Positions 17,765-27,717 of a DNA stretch of 64,000 nucleotides are shown here, in pieces. The translations under genes were made by a program, and so were the position numbers. Position 1 is the stretch's first letter; each line of letters opens with the position of its first letter. The notes beneath the pieces are model-generated. The model saw only the letters and a program-made list of their open reading frames with translations, made no database searches and was not told where the DNA came from. The stretch is taken from positions 97,482-161,481 of IMG/VR virus record IMGVR_UViG_3300036791_001907; one strand, given 5' to 3'. This stretch comes from a virus.

Positions 17765-20700
17765 ATGTCTGAACCTACCGCGGAACAACCCACGGCCTTC
17801 AAGACGATCACCCAGCTGCCACGCGAGCAGCGCTGGGAGCATTACGGCAAGAAGTTCCTGGTGCCGCTCGATCATCCGAACATCCCGCCCGCCGGTCCCG
17901 ACTTCGCGCGCACCGTGCACGATCTGATCGGCGCCAAGGTTGCGCCCAAGATGCCGCGCGATGATCTGGGCACGATCGGCGTGGACTATCTCTACCGCCA
18001 TGCGCTCTACCGGCGCAAGTGGGAGCTTCAGGTCAACTTCAAGGGCCAGCTCCGGCAGGCGGAATTCCTGCCGGGCGGGCTCTGGACGTTGCCGCCCGTC
18101 TTCGACATCAAGAACAGCTCGGTGGACACCCACGATCATGAGTGGGCCGGTTACGCGCCGGTTGGTGGTCCGCGGAAGCTGGCCGCAGTCATGGTCGTCG
18201 GCAAGCATCCGGGCGCCGAGGAGCTGTTTTACAAGCAGAACTTCATCGGGCCGGCGTCGGCGGATCTGCACCGGGCACTCCGCGAGATCGGGGTGCCGCC
18301 GGAGGTGCGGCACAACTGGTACGTGACCAATGCGGTCAAGCACAACCGGCTTGATCCCACATCGGGGAACATGCAGCAGGCGTGGCTCAAGAACTGCGCG
18401 CCGCTGCTCTGGCAGGAGATCCTCCTGGTCCGGCCCCGGTTCATCGTCTGCCTCGGTACCGAGGCGATCAAGGCCGTGCTGGGCAAGGGCTTCACGGTCA
18501 CCAACATGACTGGCCGCGTGATCGAGAAGATGCTCAGAGTGCCGCCGGCCGCCGCCGGCACGCAGGCCGACTTCGAGAACCTGGACGACTATTTCGAGCA
18601 CAAGATCCTGATCATGGGTCTGCCCCACCCGGCCTACATCTTTCGGGTGCCGGAGGCTTACCCTGATCTGGTCTCGGGCCTCACCAAGTTCCTCGAGCTG
18701 GTCGGCGGCGATCGGCCGCGCGACGTCGAGGAGGACCGCAAGCATGCGGCCTACCATGCCCAGTTTCCCCTGGCCAAGGCGATCGACAACATCCTCGAGA
18801 AGGCCCACCACGAATGGAAGTTTGATATCGACGGCGATCTCCCGGTCGCCTGGGACGCCGAGTGGCATGGCCGGCAGCCTGCGGATGCCGGGGCCTACCT
18901 GCGCACCATCCAGTTCGCCGTCGGGGAGAAGTACGACGAGGCACCCAAGAAGGCGACCTCCGTGGTCCTGACCGAGAAGGGCGGAGGTACGGGCTGGTTC
19001 CACTCCCGCGAGGAGGTTGCCGGCGAGCTGCGCCGTCTGGTCGAGGGCCGCCATCGCAACGACAAGATGCCGCTGGTCAGGACCCGCCATGGCGGCCACT
19101 TCTTCAAGGCCGACATCCCCTGGATCGATATGTTCCTGGGGATCAACTTCCGCCCGCTCTGGACGACCCTGCGGCCGCGGCGGGAAAAGTCGGAGGAGGA
19201 GCCGGAAGGCGAACCAAAGGTCCAGCGGTTCGACGGCGTGGAATTTCGCAAGCAGCTCGCCGCCTACAAGGAGGAGGAGCGGAAGGCCACGGATGATGAC
19301 CGAGCGCCACAGTGGTCGGCACCGGATCCTGCGGACAGGTCCTTCATTCGGGGGCATGAGCCCTGGGAGCTGACCCGCTACATGGGCGGCTTCGACACCT
19401 GCTACATGGCACACGCGGTCTTCGAGGCCGCGGAGAGCTTCGGCCTGGAGTCGCTGGCGCTGCGCTGGACGACGTGCCCGCGCTGGAGCACCGACATCGA
19501 GCAGGCCAAGATCCGGATCGCCAAGGAAATGGGGATCAAGCTCCGTGATCTGATCGGCTACGGCGACATTCCCGATCACGAGATCCTGCCCTACGCCTGC
19601 TACGACGCCGACGCGACGCTTCGCCTCTTCTGGAAGTTCAACTTCGCGCGGGCGCCCCGTGAGGGGGAGGGGTTCCTCGATCACGATGTCCACCATCAGA
19701 ATTCCCGTGAGGCGTTCTGGCGGACGATGCTCGCCGGGCTGGCATTCCTGGAGATGGAGGAGACCGGCGTGGCGGTCGATGTCGACCGCGGCAAGGAGCT
19801 GATCAAGGTCTTCGAGCTGGTCAAGGAGCGCCTGACCACATCGCTTCGCGACGATCTGGGCTGGCCGGCGTTCAACCCCAACTCAGCGCCCCAGGTGCGG
19901 GCGTGGCTCTTCGGCGAGGAGTACAGCGGCGCGATCGACAAGAAGACCGGCAAGGGCCGGCCGCTCATGCCGCGGAAGGACATGTCCCTCGGCAAGGTGC
20001 CCATCAAGACCACGGGCAAGCCGCCCAAGGCGTGGGAGCAGGTCCAGTACAAGGACGCCAAGCTGTATACGCCGGCCGTGGACAAGGAGGTGCTGGGGAT
20101 CTACGCCTGGGAGGATCCCCGGATCAAGAAGTTGCGGGACATCCGGTATGTTCGCCAGGTGCTCCAGTCGGTGCTCCGTCCCCCCAAGGTCGGCGAGGCC
20201 GTTGTCCCTGATGGTGACGGCGGCATTGTCTACGATGAACTCGACGAGTTCGATGGCGGCTTCCTGAGTTATGTCAGCCCGCGCGACGGCCGGGTACGGA
20301 GCCGGTTCGCGCCCGTGGAGACCCGGCGCTGCTCGTCGGCCGGTCCCAACCTCCAGAACCTGGCCAAGCGCCGGGAGGATGACTACGGACGGATCCTCGG
20401 GCACTACGACGACGAGGGCAAGCTCAAGGGGGACTACCTGGACATCCTGGGCGGGCCGCTCTATCGCGACCCGATCCGCTCGATCGTGACGGCGGACCTC
20501 TGGGACGGCGTGCCCACGGTCCTGATGGAGTTCGACATCGTCTCGGCCGAGATCGCCGCCCTGGCCTGGGAGTCGGGCGATCCGCAGATGATCGCGGACG
20601 TCACCCGGGCCATGCTCGATGAGGATGATCCCAAGTTCCTGGATATCCACGGCGCCACCGCCGTGGAGGCGTTCAAGCTCAGCTGCGCGCCGACCAAGAA

Positions 20701-21415
20701 GGGCCTCAAGTCGATCGGCAAGCCGGGCCTGCGGGTGGCCGCCAAGAACGTGCGGTTCGGCGTGCCCTACGGCCGCAGCGCCGAGGCACTGGCGCGGCAG
20801 TGCCGCGAGGAGGGTGCGGACGTCTCGGTGCGGGACTGTCAGCGGCTGATCATCAACTATCACAAGCGCTACCCGCTGGCCAGCCATTTCCTGGACGCGT
20901 GCGAGGCGATCCCGGCTGCCGACAAACCGTTCATGGTCGGGGCATTCGGCGGGATGCGCCGGTTCCAGCGAGTCGACGACCGGTCGGTCCTGGCCGACCA
21001 GGGTCGCTCGGCCAAGAACTACCCCATTCAGAACCTGGTGGCCGACGCCATCCTCCTGGGCATGTACAACCTGCTCCAGGTCCGCGCCGAGATGGGGCTC
21101 GAGAACGCGTTTCAGATCGTGCTCCAGATCCACGACGCCATCATGCTGCGGGTCAAGGTCCCGTACATCGCGACCGTCCGCGACGAGGTCATTCCGGTGG
21201 CGCTGAAGGAGCGGGTGCCGATCATGCCACGAACCCTCAAGGGCACTCCGTTCTCTGAGGTGAAGAAGGAAGAGCCGGAGCGCGGCTATCTCCATCTGGA
21301 CAAACCCTACCGGTTCAAGGTGGACTGTTCAGTGTTCCTGAACTGGGGACAGGCGATCGATCCCGTGCACGGTCGGTCGCTGGGGATCCCCGAACAGTAT
21401 CTCGGCAGCAAGTGA
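17765..21415 (+). CDS. polA: family A DNA polymerase with N-terminal family-4 uracil-DNA glycosylase-like domain and 3'-5' exonuclease
   Basis: UDG: VGKHPGAEE, FIGPAS, YVTNAVK, IVCLG, HPAY; exo: WDAEW, YACYDADAT; pol: CSSAGPNLQN, FDIVSAEI, RVAAKNVRFGVPYG, NYPIQ, QIHDAI. Confidence 0.93.
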   Translation: MSEPTAEQPTAFKTITQLPREQRWEHYGKKFLVPLDHPNIPPAGPDFARTVHDLIGAKVAPKMPRDDLGTIGVDYLYRHALYRRKWELQVNFKGQLRQAEFLPGGLWTLPPVFDIKNSSVDTHDHEWAGYAPVGGPRKLAAVMVVGKHPGAEELFYKQNFIGPASADLHRALREIGVPPEVRHNWYVTNAVKHNRLDPTSGNMQQAWLKNCAPLLWQEILLVRPRFIVCLGTEAIKAVLGKGFTVTNMTGRVIEKMLRVPPAAAGTQADFENLDDYFEHKILIMGLPHPAYIFRVPEAYPDLVSGLTKFLELVGGDRPRDVEEDRKHAAYHAQFPLAKAIDNILEKAHHEWKFDIDGDLPVAWDAEWHGRQPADAGAYLRTIQFAVGEKYDEAPKKATSVVLTEKGGGTGWFHSREEVAGELRRLVEGRHRNDKMPLVRTRHGGHFFKADIPWIDMFLGINFRPLWTTLRPRREKSEEEPEGEPKVQRFDGVEFRKQLAAYKEEERKATDDDRAPQWSAPDPADRSFIRGHEPWELTRYMGGFDTCYMAHAVFEAAESFGLESLALRWTTCPRWSTDIEQAKIRIAKEMGIKLRDLIGYGDIPDHEILPYACYDADATLRLFWKFNFARAPREGEGFLDHDVHHQNSREAFWRTMLAGLAFLEMEETGVAVDVDRGKELIKVFELVKERLTTSLRDDLGWPAFNPNSAPQVRAWLFGEEYSGAIDKKTGKGRPLMPRKDMSLGKVPIKTTGKPPKAWEQVQYKDAKLYTPAVDKEVLGIYAWEDPRIKKLRDIRYVRQVLQSVLRPPKVGEAVVPDGDGGIVYDELDEFDGGFLSYVSPRDGRVRSRFAPVETRRCSSAGPNLQNLAKRREDDYGRILGHYDDEGKLKGDYLDILGGPLYRDPIRSIVTADLWDGVPTVLMEFDIVSAEIAALAWESGDPQMIADVTRAMLDEDDPKFLDIHGATAVEAFKLSCAPTKKGLKSIGKPGLRVAAKNVRFGVPYGRSAEALARQCREEGADVSVRDCQRLIINYHKRYPLASHFLDACEAIPAADKPFMVGAFGGMRRFQRVDDRSVLADQGRSAKNYPIQNLVADAILLGMYNLLQVRAEMGLENAFQIVLQIHDAIMLRVKVPYIATVRDEVIPVALKERVPIMPRTLKGTPFSEVKKEEPERGYLHLDKPYRFKVDCSVFLNWGQAIDPVHGRSLGIPEQYLGSK

Positions 21416-21430
21416 CGACAGGACGGAGCC

Positions 21431-22510
21431 GTGGCGAAGAAGGGCCTGATCATCGTGCCCAAGCCAGGCGATCTGCTGGCGGCCTTGGCGGGCAAACCCA
21501 CGCGCGCCGAGGTCGCCGACTATTACTCCGGTCCTGTCATGTCGGAGGCCGAGTTCAAGAACGAGATGCTGGCCTCGTGGCCCGCTGAGCCAGCCGTCCC
21601 GCCGAAGCCAATGGAGTCTTCCGTCCAGAAAGCCATGGACGCAGTCAATGACTTCACCCGGCTCAAGATGCGAGAGGACGGGTTCTACAAGAAGATCATG
21701 CCGCCCCTGACGGTCAGCAAGAATGAACTGGGCCCACAGGTCGGCGATCAGGTAACGATAGGAGTGGATCTGGCTTCAGGGCACCCGGGCGGTCATGCCA
21801 TGACCGTCATGGACGTGTCGGATAATACAGTGCTCTTGCAGAATGGCTGGAGCGTATCCGTTCCGTCCGAGGGTCTCAAGGAGACTCCAGCGGGCGCCGA
21901 GAACCCCATCCTGTTCTCCGATCCCAAGTTCATCGGCAAGTCGTTCGCTGTCGATGATACGACCGCCTACGTCAAGAAGGAGTCGCATCTCCTTGAGTTC
22001 TTCGCTTATGAGACCGTGGGCGCGGCAATTGGCGATGCCGGCGCCATCGCGGAGGGCGAATGGGACGAGGACGACGACGACGACGACGACGAGGAGACCA
22101 GTGTGGATATTGCCTTCTGGTACTACCGGTCAACGGTCCTGATCTACTCCGTGCGGCGGGTGAGTGATAACTTCTTCTACGACTTCGCCACCAAGCGGTT
22201 CTCGCTGATGCCGGTCAGTCCCCGCGCCGGCATGCCCGTGGCCGAGCCCGTCCGACCGGGTTATCTCTACAGCACCCGCCTGTCGGGCAAGCTCGATGAC
22301 GGCGAGTACATCGTCACCTATCGCGACACCCAGGCCGGTGACGTGGTCATCGGCATCATGGCCCTGTTCATGGAGAATGGCGCGCAGCAGCAGGCGCCGG
22401 TCGCAGGGCTGGAGAACACGCCCGTCGAGGAAGGCTTGCCCGTGCCGGAAGGCATGTTCCGCCGGGCGGGACAGCGGGTGCGGCCGGTCGATACCGGCGC
22501 ATCGGAGTAG
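21431..22510 (+). CDS. mosaic protein with segments resembling N- and C-termini of a large-phage major capsid protein
   Basis: AVNDFTRLKMREDGFYKKIMPP and FSDPKFIGKSF..DDTTAYVKKE..LEFFAYETVGAAIG recalled from HK97-fold capsids; unverified. Confidence 0.5.
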   Translation: MAKKGLIIVPKPGDLLAALAGKPTRAEVADYYSGPVMSEAEFKNEMLASWPAEPAVPPKPMESSVQKAMDAVNDFTRLKMREDGFYKKIMPPLTVSKNELGPQVGDQVTIGVDLASGHPGGHAMTVMDVSDNTVLLQNGWSVSVPSEGLKETPAGAENPILFSDPKFIGKSFAVDDTTAYVKKESHLLEFFAYETVGAAIGDAGAIAEGEWDEDDDDDDDEETSVDIAFWYYRSTVLIYSVRRVSDNFFYDFATKRFSLMPVSPRAGMPVAEPVRPGYLYSTRLSGKLDDGEYIVTYRDTQAGDVVIGIMALFMENGAQQQAPVAGLENTPVEEGLPVPEGMFRRAGQRVRPVDTGASE

Positions 22511-22647
22511 TCCAACAGATCCCGTTACAGCGGGCCACGGATGGTGCTTGCCGGAGCCCGGCGAGCCTGCTAGGATGCGCATGCTCGACTTGATCGGGCA
22601 GCTAAAACTGTGATCTGTGAATGGGAATGTGCGACAGGAGAAGTGAC

Positions 22648-24402
22648 ATGACTCGCGCCCAACAGGGCGATGAGGCGCCCGAGCGTTCGTACGTCTCGTC
22701 CATGTTCGACGACGACAGCCGGTACAGCGGCAACCTGTTCGTCGATACCGACCTCGTGACGCCGATGAAGTCCCTCTGGCAGGTGCCAGGGACGAGGCTC
22801 AAGCAATTCGACTCGGTCCTGCGGATCTTGCCCGGCAAGCGCAATGACGGTCGCTGGTCGGCGTTCCGCACCAACCCCGGCAAGGGGCAATTCGGCCGCT
22901 GGATCTACTCGGCCTGGGCGGCCCGTTCGATCGGCGATCCCGCGGTGACGTTCTTCCTCTGCTCCGATGCCGACGTGCAGGATCACAACTACGATCCCCG
23001 CCAGCATCCGGTCTACATCCTCTACAACGCCATTTACTACGCGGTGGAAGAGGTCAACAAGCACGTCAAACCGCACTGGGCGCCGATGGTCACCTCGAAA
23101 CAGCGCAAGGTGATCAAGAAGCCGGGACCGATGTTCCTGGTGCAGTGCCTGGTGTACGGCCGCGGCGACAAGATCTACGACCCGCCGATGGGCACGGAAG
23201 AGGGGGAGAAGGTCGTCTGCTTCGATCTGGCCTCGGACGGCGGCAAGACGTTGCGGGCGCTCCTGGATCAGCGCAAGAGCCGCGACGAGCTGCCCGAGTC
23301 GGATGAGGCCGTGAACTTCGCCGACTACTACAAGTACGGCGACATCACCGCCTTCGACGGCGGCAAGTTCGTGCAGCTGTTCCCGGCCGGTCAGAACCCC
23401 AACCGCGACGGTCCTGGTCCGGCGGCGCAGGGGCCACGGCGGTCGCTTTCCAAGGCTGCGGTGGCCGAGAGCCGCACCCGCGCCCAGCAGGCGATCGACA
23501 GCGATCGTGACAAGATCGGCTACGAGGTCGCCATCCTCGATGAGTACCAGGGCTGGGAACCCAGCATCGCACCGGATCTCGCCGAGGCACTCGCGGCCAA
23601 GATCTACCCGTGGCCCGAGCTCATCAAGGTGCCGGATCACAAGATGGCGGCCAGCTACCTCTGGAGCCGGATGCGGTTCGGCGGCGAGCTGAAGCTCGAT
23701 GTCCTGCTCTACGCCTGGCGGGATCATCCTGACTGGCTGCCCCCCAAGGACTCCGACGTCTGGTCCGAATGGGTCAACCGGCGGCAGATCGCCCCGCGCG
23801 GCTACGATCCCGACGCGGGCGAGGAGGACGAGGATGATCAGCCGGCGGCAGCGCCGCAGGAAGATGCTGATCGCCGTCCCCGCCGCCGCGCCGGTGATGC
23901 CGCCGAGCGCGCTGATGATCTACCGCGGCGCCGCGCCGGTGATGCGGCCGAACGCACCGAACCGGCGCCCGCCGCACCGGCTCCGGATGATGAGGAGCCG
24001 CCGCCGCAGCGCGGGTCGCGGATGGTCGAGCGGCAGCAGACGACCAGCCCGCCGCCCACCAGCCCGCCGGCCACGACCGATCAGGAGCAGCCCCTGCGGG
24101 GGCGCGTGAGCCGGAGCCGGCCGAAGCCGGCCCAGGTGGAGGATACCACGGTTGCCGCGGACGCGATCGCCGGCGCGCGGGCCGCGCCGGATCCGGCGGC
24201 CAATGCCACGGCCTTCCGGCCCAGCAAGGCCGCGGCGGCAGCGGTTGCCGATAACGACGGCGAGGATCGACCCGCCACCAAAACGGCCGGCGGGTTCGCC
24301 GCGCCTCCGCCATCCGCAGCGGCGCCGCCGGTAGGGACCGGCAAGCGCGATCCCAAGGAGATCCTGGCGGCGGCGCGGGCCAGTTTCACCCGCACCAAGT
24401 AA
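22648..24402 (+). CDS. putative single-stranded DNA-binding protein (gp32-like) with long disordered C-terminus
   Basis: VLRILPG motif, aromatic-rich core, position just upstream of RecA; AGGAG RBS; function is inference. Confidence 0.5.
   Translation: MTRAQQGDEAPERSYVSSMFDDDSRYSGNLFVDTDLVTPMKSLWQVPGTRLKQFDSVLRILPGKRNDGRWSAFRTNPGKGQFGRWIYSAWAARSIGDPAVTFFLCSDADVQDHNYDPRQHPVYILYNAIYYAVEEVNKHVKPHWAPMVTSKQRKVIKKPGPMFLVQCLVYGRGDKIYDPPMGTEEGEKVVCFDLASDGGKTLRALLDQRKSRDELPESDEAVNFADYYKYGDITAFDGGKFVQLFPAGQNPNRDGPGPAAQGPRRSLSKAAVAESRTRAQQAIDSDRDKIGYEVAILDEYQGWEPSIAPDLAEALAAKIYPWPELIKVPDHKMAASYLWSRMRFGGELKLDVLLYAWRDHPDWLPPKDSDVWSEWVNRRQIAPRGYDPDAGEEDEDDQPAAAPQEDADRRPRRRAGDAAERADDLPRRRAGDAAERTEPAPAAPAPDDEEPPPQRGSRMVERQQTTSPPPTSPPATTDQEQPLRGRVSRSRPKPAQVEDTTVAADAIAGARAAPDPAANATAFRPSKAAAAAVADNDGEDRPATKTAGGFAAPPPSAAAPPVGTGKRDPKEILAAARASFTRTK
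23881..23955 (+). repeat. intragenic duplication encoding RRRAGDAAER twice
   Basis: cgccgcgccggtgatgc occurs twice 45 nt apart. Confidence 0.7.
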
Positions 24403-24418
24403 CAGGACGCGGCATCCG

Positions 24419-24444
24419 GCGGGCAGATCAGCTGATCTGCCCGC
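24419..24444. repeat. perfect 26-bp palindrome upstream of recA
   Basis: GCGGGCAGATCAG|CTGATCTGCCCGC. Confidence 0.85.
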
Positions 24445-24465
24445 GTCTGCGCAGGGGAGGTTCTC

Positions 24466-26019
24466 ATGACCAGGAAGGGGTTCCGGAAGGGACCCAGCAA
24501 GGGTGCCGCGGCGAGTAACGGTCAACCCACAGCGAAACCGGCGGCGAAACCTCGTACCAGGAAAGCAGCGGGCGGCAAGCCCAAGTTCAAGCCGCCGCCG
24601 AAGGTCAAGGCCGGTGACGCGGCCCGCGCCGGTTTGAAGATCTATCACGAGAGCGTCAAGGAGCTCGGCCACGAGGTGGCCTCGGACGCGGCCTGGACAG
24701 CACAGGTCGCGGTGCACCAGCGGGATAACGACCGCAAGGATCTGATCGTGGCGGGCGAGGCCCGCAAGCTGGTGGTGGGGATCCCGCTGCCCAGCCTGGC
24801 GCTCATGCACCTGTTCCAGTCGAACGTGCTGCCGGTGGGCCGGATCTACCAGATCACCGGCGAGGAGGGCTCCTCCAAGTCCAGCTTTCTTGCGGAGATG
24901 ATGCGCTGGGTGCTGATCTACTCCGGCTACGCGATGGTCTTCGAGGTCGAGGGCAAGGACATCGCCGAGCTGCGCGAGGCGATCTGGGAGTACAACTCCA
25001 CCTGGCTCAATGTCCGCAGCCTGATCGATCCCTGCGACTCGCTGAACCACTGGATGCGGAACCTGGGCAAGGAGATCGGCGAGGTCACTCGCTACAACGA
25101 GGGCTACGGCGGCTCACCCGGTATTGGCTGGCGCAACCCCTACATCTTCGGGGTCGACGCCTTCACGTCGGCGGGGGCCGACGAGACGATCGTCAAGATC
25201 GGCAAGGAGGGCGCTCCGGGCCGGAGCCACCCGATCGAGGCCAACCTGATCGCCCAGTACAGCCGCACCTGGACCGACAAGCTCCGCGGCACCTCGATCA
25301 TCGTTGCCGGCACCAACCACCTGAAGCCCAAGCGGGATGACCAGGGCAATGAGATCTCGCACTCGCCGGGCGGCAAGGCGCTGAAGTTCATGGAGTCGGT
25401 CGAGATCCAGATGCGGCGGCTGGGCAAGTACAAGGAGGCCGCCAAGTCCGGGGTCTGGCTCTGGATCGAGACGATGAAGAGTTCGATCGGCGAGCGGCTG
25501 AAGTCGGTGCGGGTCGCCATGGTCTGGGACTGGCGGTATCACGACGATGTCGCCGACTGGCGGCAGCATGCCTACTTCGACTGGCACACGGCGACCCTGG
25601 ATACGCTGCTCCAGTACGAGGCCGACAAGGACTCGAAGAAGACCTGGAACGCGATCAACGACATCGTCGATATCAACGCGGTGGCGCAGGGGCGCTACTG
25701 GTCTTACCGGCTGGGGATCCCTAAAGAAAAGCCGGTGCGGCGTCATGAATTCGGCCGGGCCCTGGACTACGATCGCGGGGTTTGCCGCGAGCTGTTCCCG
25801 ATCCTGGGTATCACCCGGCGGCCGGTGTTCCGGCCGGGCGAACGGCTCGTGGACACCATCGTGATGGCCTCGGCGAAGACCGATGCCGAGCTGCCCGACT
25901 ACTATGCCGAGTACGACGCGAACCTGAATGACTTCGCCGATGTCACGGAGAACCTGCATCGGGGCCGGACGGCGCGGCCCAAGGACGCGCCGGTCGCGGA
26001 GGAAGACGACGACGCATGA
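24466..26019 (+). CDS. recA: RecA/UvsX-like recombinase
   Basis: LPVGRIYQITGEEGSSKSS (Walker A variant), EVE, GVDAF, TNH, SPGGKALKF. Confidence 0.85.
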   Translation: MTRKGFRKGPSKGAAASNGQPTAKPAAKPRTRKAAGGKPKFKPPPKVKAGDAARAGLKIYHESVKELGHEVASDAAWTAQVAVHQRDNDRKDLIVAGEARKLVVGIPLPSLALMHLFQSNVLPVGRIYQITGEEGSSKSSFLAEMMRWVLIYSGYAMVFEVEGKDIAELREAIWEYNSTWLNVRSLIDPCDSLNHWMRNLGKEIGEVTRYNEGYGGSPGIGWRNPYIFGVDAFTSAGADETIVKIGKEGAPGRSHPIEANLIAQYSRTWTDKLRGTSIIVAGTNHLKPKRDDQGNEISHSPGGKALKFMESVEIQMRRLGKYKEAAKSGVWLWIETMKSSIGERLKSVRVAMVWDWRYHDDVADWRQHAYFDWHTATLDTLLQYEADKDSKKTWNAINDIVDINAVAQGRYWSYRLGIPKEKPVRRHEFGRALDYDRGVCRELFPILGITRRPVFRPGERLVDTIVMASAKTDAELPDYYAEYDANLNDFADVTENLHRGRTARPKDAPVAEEDDDA

Positions 26020-26660
26020 GCTATGATCAGCGCGAGGAAGATGAGCTGTGGCGCGCCGCGGCGCGCGAGGGTGCGGCCCAGGCCGCCGGCGTGGCGCTGG
26101 AGGCCTACGAACGATCGGTGATCGCGCACATCCTCAAGGTGGGCGAGATTGCCAACGGGATGTCGCAGCTCCGTGCCCGGGCGCGCGAGGAGCTGGGAGA
26201 GCCGACGGTCAGCCTGCGGCTGTTCAATGCGCACACCGACTTCCCGCTCCGGCTGGTCGCGGCTAAGCTGAGGCTCGTCGGGATGCCCATGGGGGATGTC
26301 TTCAAGCGGCCCACGGCCACGCCCATTCATCGGGCTTACGCGGAGGCCGTGCTGGAATACCCGGACGAGCAGGCGCTCGTGCTGGTGTTCCGGTGGCGGG
26401 GCTACGGCGAGCGCATGGTCCTGCACACGCTGCCCCGGGAATTCGGCGAGCCGGGCCAGGCCAGCCGGACCAAGCTGATCTACGCGGTGGGACGGCCGAA
26501 GCTGCCGCCGATGATCTACACGATCGAGGACATGGACGGCCTGCTGGCGGCGATCGGCTGGACGCAGCCCAATGAACAACACGCTGTACATCGATCCCGA
26601 AACCGTGGTGTACGCCGAGGGCGAGGAGGCCGCGCTGGCGGCCCGGCTGGTCGCCACTGA
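26016..26660 (+). CDS. hypothetical protein
   Basis: ATGA overlap with recA; 3' end overlaps next gene. Confidence 0.6.
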   Translation: MSYDQREEDELWRAAAREGAAQAAGVALEAYERSVIAHILKVGEIANGMSQLRARAREELGEPTVSLRLFNAHTDFPLRLVAAKLRLVGMPMGDVFKRPTATPIHRAYAEAVLEYPDEQALVLVFRWRGYGERMVLHTLPREFGEPGQASRTKLIYAVGRPKLPPMIYTIEDMDGLLAAIGWTQPNEQHAVHRSRNRGVRRGRGGRAGGPAGRH

Positions 26661-27717
26661 TCGGGTCACGCAGACGCCCTACGTGGGCGCGCTGGCGCAG
26701 CTCCAGCTCAACCATGAGGGGCAACTCCCGGGCGGGTATCGCTACACCTCGACCGCCTTCAAGCAGGTCTGTGGGCTGGCCTGCCCGGGACTGCACCAGG
26801 CCGTTGTTGACCTCTCAGGGATCCGCCGCACCTCGATGCAGCCGCGGTGCGACTACTCCTTTGCCGATGCCATCGAGATCTTCAACCGGGCGCTACGGAT
26901 CCGCTACCAGGAGCGGTTCGATGGCAAGGTGCGGCTGATCAAGGATGTGAACCAGCGTCTGGTTGAAGGAGTTATGGGTCCGAAGTATAATTACCTCGAG
27001 AACCGTACCCTTTACGACATCGCGAAGGACGCCATGGCGACGAGCCCGGCGCGGGTGCGGTTCCTGGAGGCACTCCTGGAAGGCCGTCGACTCTTGCTCC
27101 GCTTCGTTCACGATCGTCCGCTCTTCGCCGTCGATACCCATCCCGGGGCCGACGGCGAACGCTTCTCCGGAGGCTACCACATCTCGAATTCCGAGATCGG
27201 CGGCGAGGCCAGCGTGCGGGTGACGACGCTGCTCTACCGGCATCGCGCGGCGACGACGTCGCTGGGGCCGTTTCCGGGGCGCCGGCCGCTGGCACACATC
27301 GGCAAGGACTTCGCCAAGAAGCTGAACCGGGTCTTCGCCGGCGCCATGGCCGTTCATCAGGACGGCAAGCTGCTGGCGCAGCGTGTGCGGCAGCTGATGG
27401 CGCTACCGCTTGAACTGGGGCACGACGAGGAGCAGCGCGAGGAACGGCTGGATGATCTCTCTCTGCTATTGCACCGGCAGAATATTCCACGAGGTCTGGC
27501 CAGGCGGATCATCCTGGCTACGATAAGCTATGGCAGCGATCCGTCAGGGCCGTTGCCGCGCGCACCTGAGCGACTGCGACGAGGCCGAACCTGGTTTGAT
27601 CTTTACAGCACACTCACGCGCGAGTCGCGCGGTCTTGATATGACCGTGATGGAGGCCGTCGAGCAGGCGGCCTTTCAGATCCTGCTCGGTCGAGTACGGG
27701 ACAAGGGGATCAACTGA
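26572..27717 (+). CDS. DUF932-like protein
   Basis: GPKYNYLEN, GYHISNSEIG.ASVRV..LYR pattern. Confidence 0.55.
   Translation: MNNTLYIDPETVVYAEGEEAALAARLVATDRVTQTPYVGALAQLQLNHEGQLPGGYRYTSTAFKQVCGLACPGLHQAVVDLSGIRRTSMQPRCDYSFADAIEIFNRALRIRYQERFDGKVRLIKDVNQRLVEGVMGPKYNYLENRTLYDIAKDAMATSPARVRFLEALLEGRRLLLRFVHDRPLFAVDTHPGADGERFSGGYHISNSEIGGEASVRVTTLLYRHRAATTSLGPFPGRRPLAHIGKDFAKKLNRVFAGAMAVHQDGKLLAQRVRQLMALPLELGHDEEQREERLDDLSLLLHRQNIPRGLARRIILATISYGSDPSGPLPRAPERLRRGRTWFDLYSTLTRESRGLDMTVMEAVEQAAFQILLGRVRDKGIN

Noticed and set aside
17663-21295. Long minus-strand ORFs here and elsewhere (e.g. 677 aa, 470 aa, 619 aa opposite the portal)
   Set aside because: Shadow frames of GC-rich plus-strand genes; no motifs or RBS
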